DNA of 61,183 bases, taken from a virus. Its lineage: Duplodnaviria; Caudoviricetes. The DNA lies in the IMG/VR virus record IMGVR_UViG_3300023179_000113, positions 1 through 61,183 of that record; one strand, 5' to 3'. The stretch's first letter is position 1. Each line of letters opens with the position of its first letter. A program made the translations under genes and the position numbers. Below the pieces are notes generated by a model. The model made no database searches. It was given only the letters and a program-made list of their open reading frames with translations, and was not told the origin of the DNA. Below are positions 60,265-61,183 of this stretch, piece by piece.

Positions 60265-60940
60265 GAGTTTGCTCCTGATTTGGTAAATCAGAACTTTTTA
60301 CGGGGTTTCTATCCCGAATTTCTTTGATTTCATACATAAAATCGTCTGATGTTTCAATTTTTCGAAGGTTTTCAACAGAATATTCAGTTAAATCAATTTC
60401 ATATCCAGGATTTTTAGTGATCCTATTACGTATCCAAGCATCATCGTACCATAAAATCTTGTTATTTGGATATGCATAAAAGTTTCCATTATCCATTTTA
60501 AAAAAATGAGCACATTTGTGTTCTGGAGTTTCACTAAAGTTTGTATTTAAAGTAGATTTTGATTCCCATGACCAATCAAGAGTGAACATGTAAGTTCCCT
60601 CATTTTTTTTTTCGCGATAATTGATAAGTTCTGCACGTAATCCAGCGAGACGAGAGCGAACCTGAACATCAATATAAGGAGAAAAGCAATCCCACCACAT
60701 ACATTCCTCTAATTTTGGAACTTGTGCATCTGGTTTCCAACAAAATGCATGAATGGGTCTTCTTGTCCAGTTTACTCCGTTCTCTAAAAACGCTTCAAAG
60801 AGGGGTACATGCTTCTCTAAGGATGCTACTGAGTGTACATCGCACAAAGTTACCTCTCCATGTCCTTTTTTATGATTATAAAGAAATTCGTTACGAATAT
60901 AACATGTAATCGTTGGAAGATTGTGATTTAGGTAAGACAT
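60245..60940 (-). CDS. Conserved phage hypothetical protein (231 aa)
   Basis: YLNHNLP, WWDCFS, YMFTLDW, EHKCAH, GNFYAYPNNKI. Confidence 0.8.
   Translation of the reverse strand: MSYLNHNLPTITCYIRNEFLYNHKKGHGEVTLCDVHSVASLEKHVPLFEAFLENGVNWTRRPIHAFCWKPDAQVPKLEECMWWDCFSPYIDVQVRSRLAGLRAELINYREKKNEGTYMFTLDWSWESKSTLNTNFSETPEHKCAHFFKMDNGNFYAYPNNKILWYDDAWIRNRITKNPGYEIDLTEYSVENLRKIETSDDFMYEIKEIRDRNPVKSSDLPNQEQTHDQKGG
60272..60316 (-). promoter_or_regulatory. Candidate cis-regulatory RNA: two hairpins, the second overlapping the RBS
   Basis: CGGGATAGAAACCCCG-TAAAAAGTT-CTGATTT ACC AAATCAG-GAG. Confidence 0.5.
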
Positions 60941-61094
60941 TTACAGATTTCTTTTTTTTATTCTCTTCAAATTTGCTTCAAGCGAGAAGCGACGGACGCT
61001 CTATTTCAATTCTACAAAGTAAACAAAAGTCTTAACTAGTTATAAGAATTAAAAAAACACTTGAAGAGTCTTCAAATGCCTTGAGAAATATTAT

Positions 61095-61183
61095 CTACTT
61101 ACCTTGCCCTCTGCGTGGTTTACGAGGTTTATTTCTGCTGGTTGCAGAGTACTTTGTATTTCTTCCATCACCCTGTCGAGTAT
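61095..61183 (-). CDS. 3' end of a small basic protein (truncated by the window end)
   Basis: Manual translation ...TRQGDGRNTKYSATSRNKPRKPRRGQGK-stop. Confidence 0.7.
   Translation of the reverse strand, partial: TRQGDGRNTKYSATSRNKPRKPRRGQGK

Noticed and set aside
1-61183. tRNA/rRNA genes, stop-codon recoding, programmed frameshifts
   Set aside because: Intergenic gaps are short with no cloverleaf seen; core genes are full length under the standard code

Overview
A 61-kb segment of a T4-like myovirus genome, most likely a cyanophage (inferred from gene order plus hsp20, cobS/cobT-like and an NblA-like ORF). Essentially all real genes are on the minus strand. In transcription order (right to left): baseplate gp25-gp6-gp7-gp8, a 2495-aa virion protein, neck gp13/gp14, gp15, terminase gp16/gp17, tail gp18/gp19, head gp20-gp23, gp3, uvsY/uvsW, late sigma gp55, gp47/gp46, a VWA-zincin/CobS AAA+ pair, gp45, gp44-dam-gp62, regA, hsp20 and the 5' part of DNA polymerase gp43. 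I saw no tRNA, CRISPR array, intron, intein or IS. Best leads: (1) a 58-aa NblA-like ORF missed by the ORF track; (2) a 621-aa modular protein between gp16 and gp17 that looks like a prohead-protease-processed polyprotein; (3) a late gene whose N-terminus mimics the T4 capsid-targeting sequence; (4) compact regulatory elements: a terminator/sigma70-promoter/sRNA candidate after hsp20, a back-to-back promoter at gp55, a shared motif at identical spacing before cobS and cobT-like, and a two-hairpin RNA covering an RBS near 60.3 kb. All family assignments are by recognising motifs and synteny; no searches were run.
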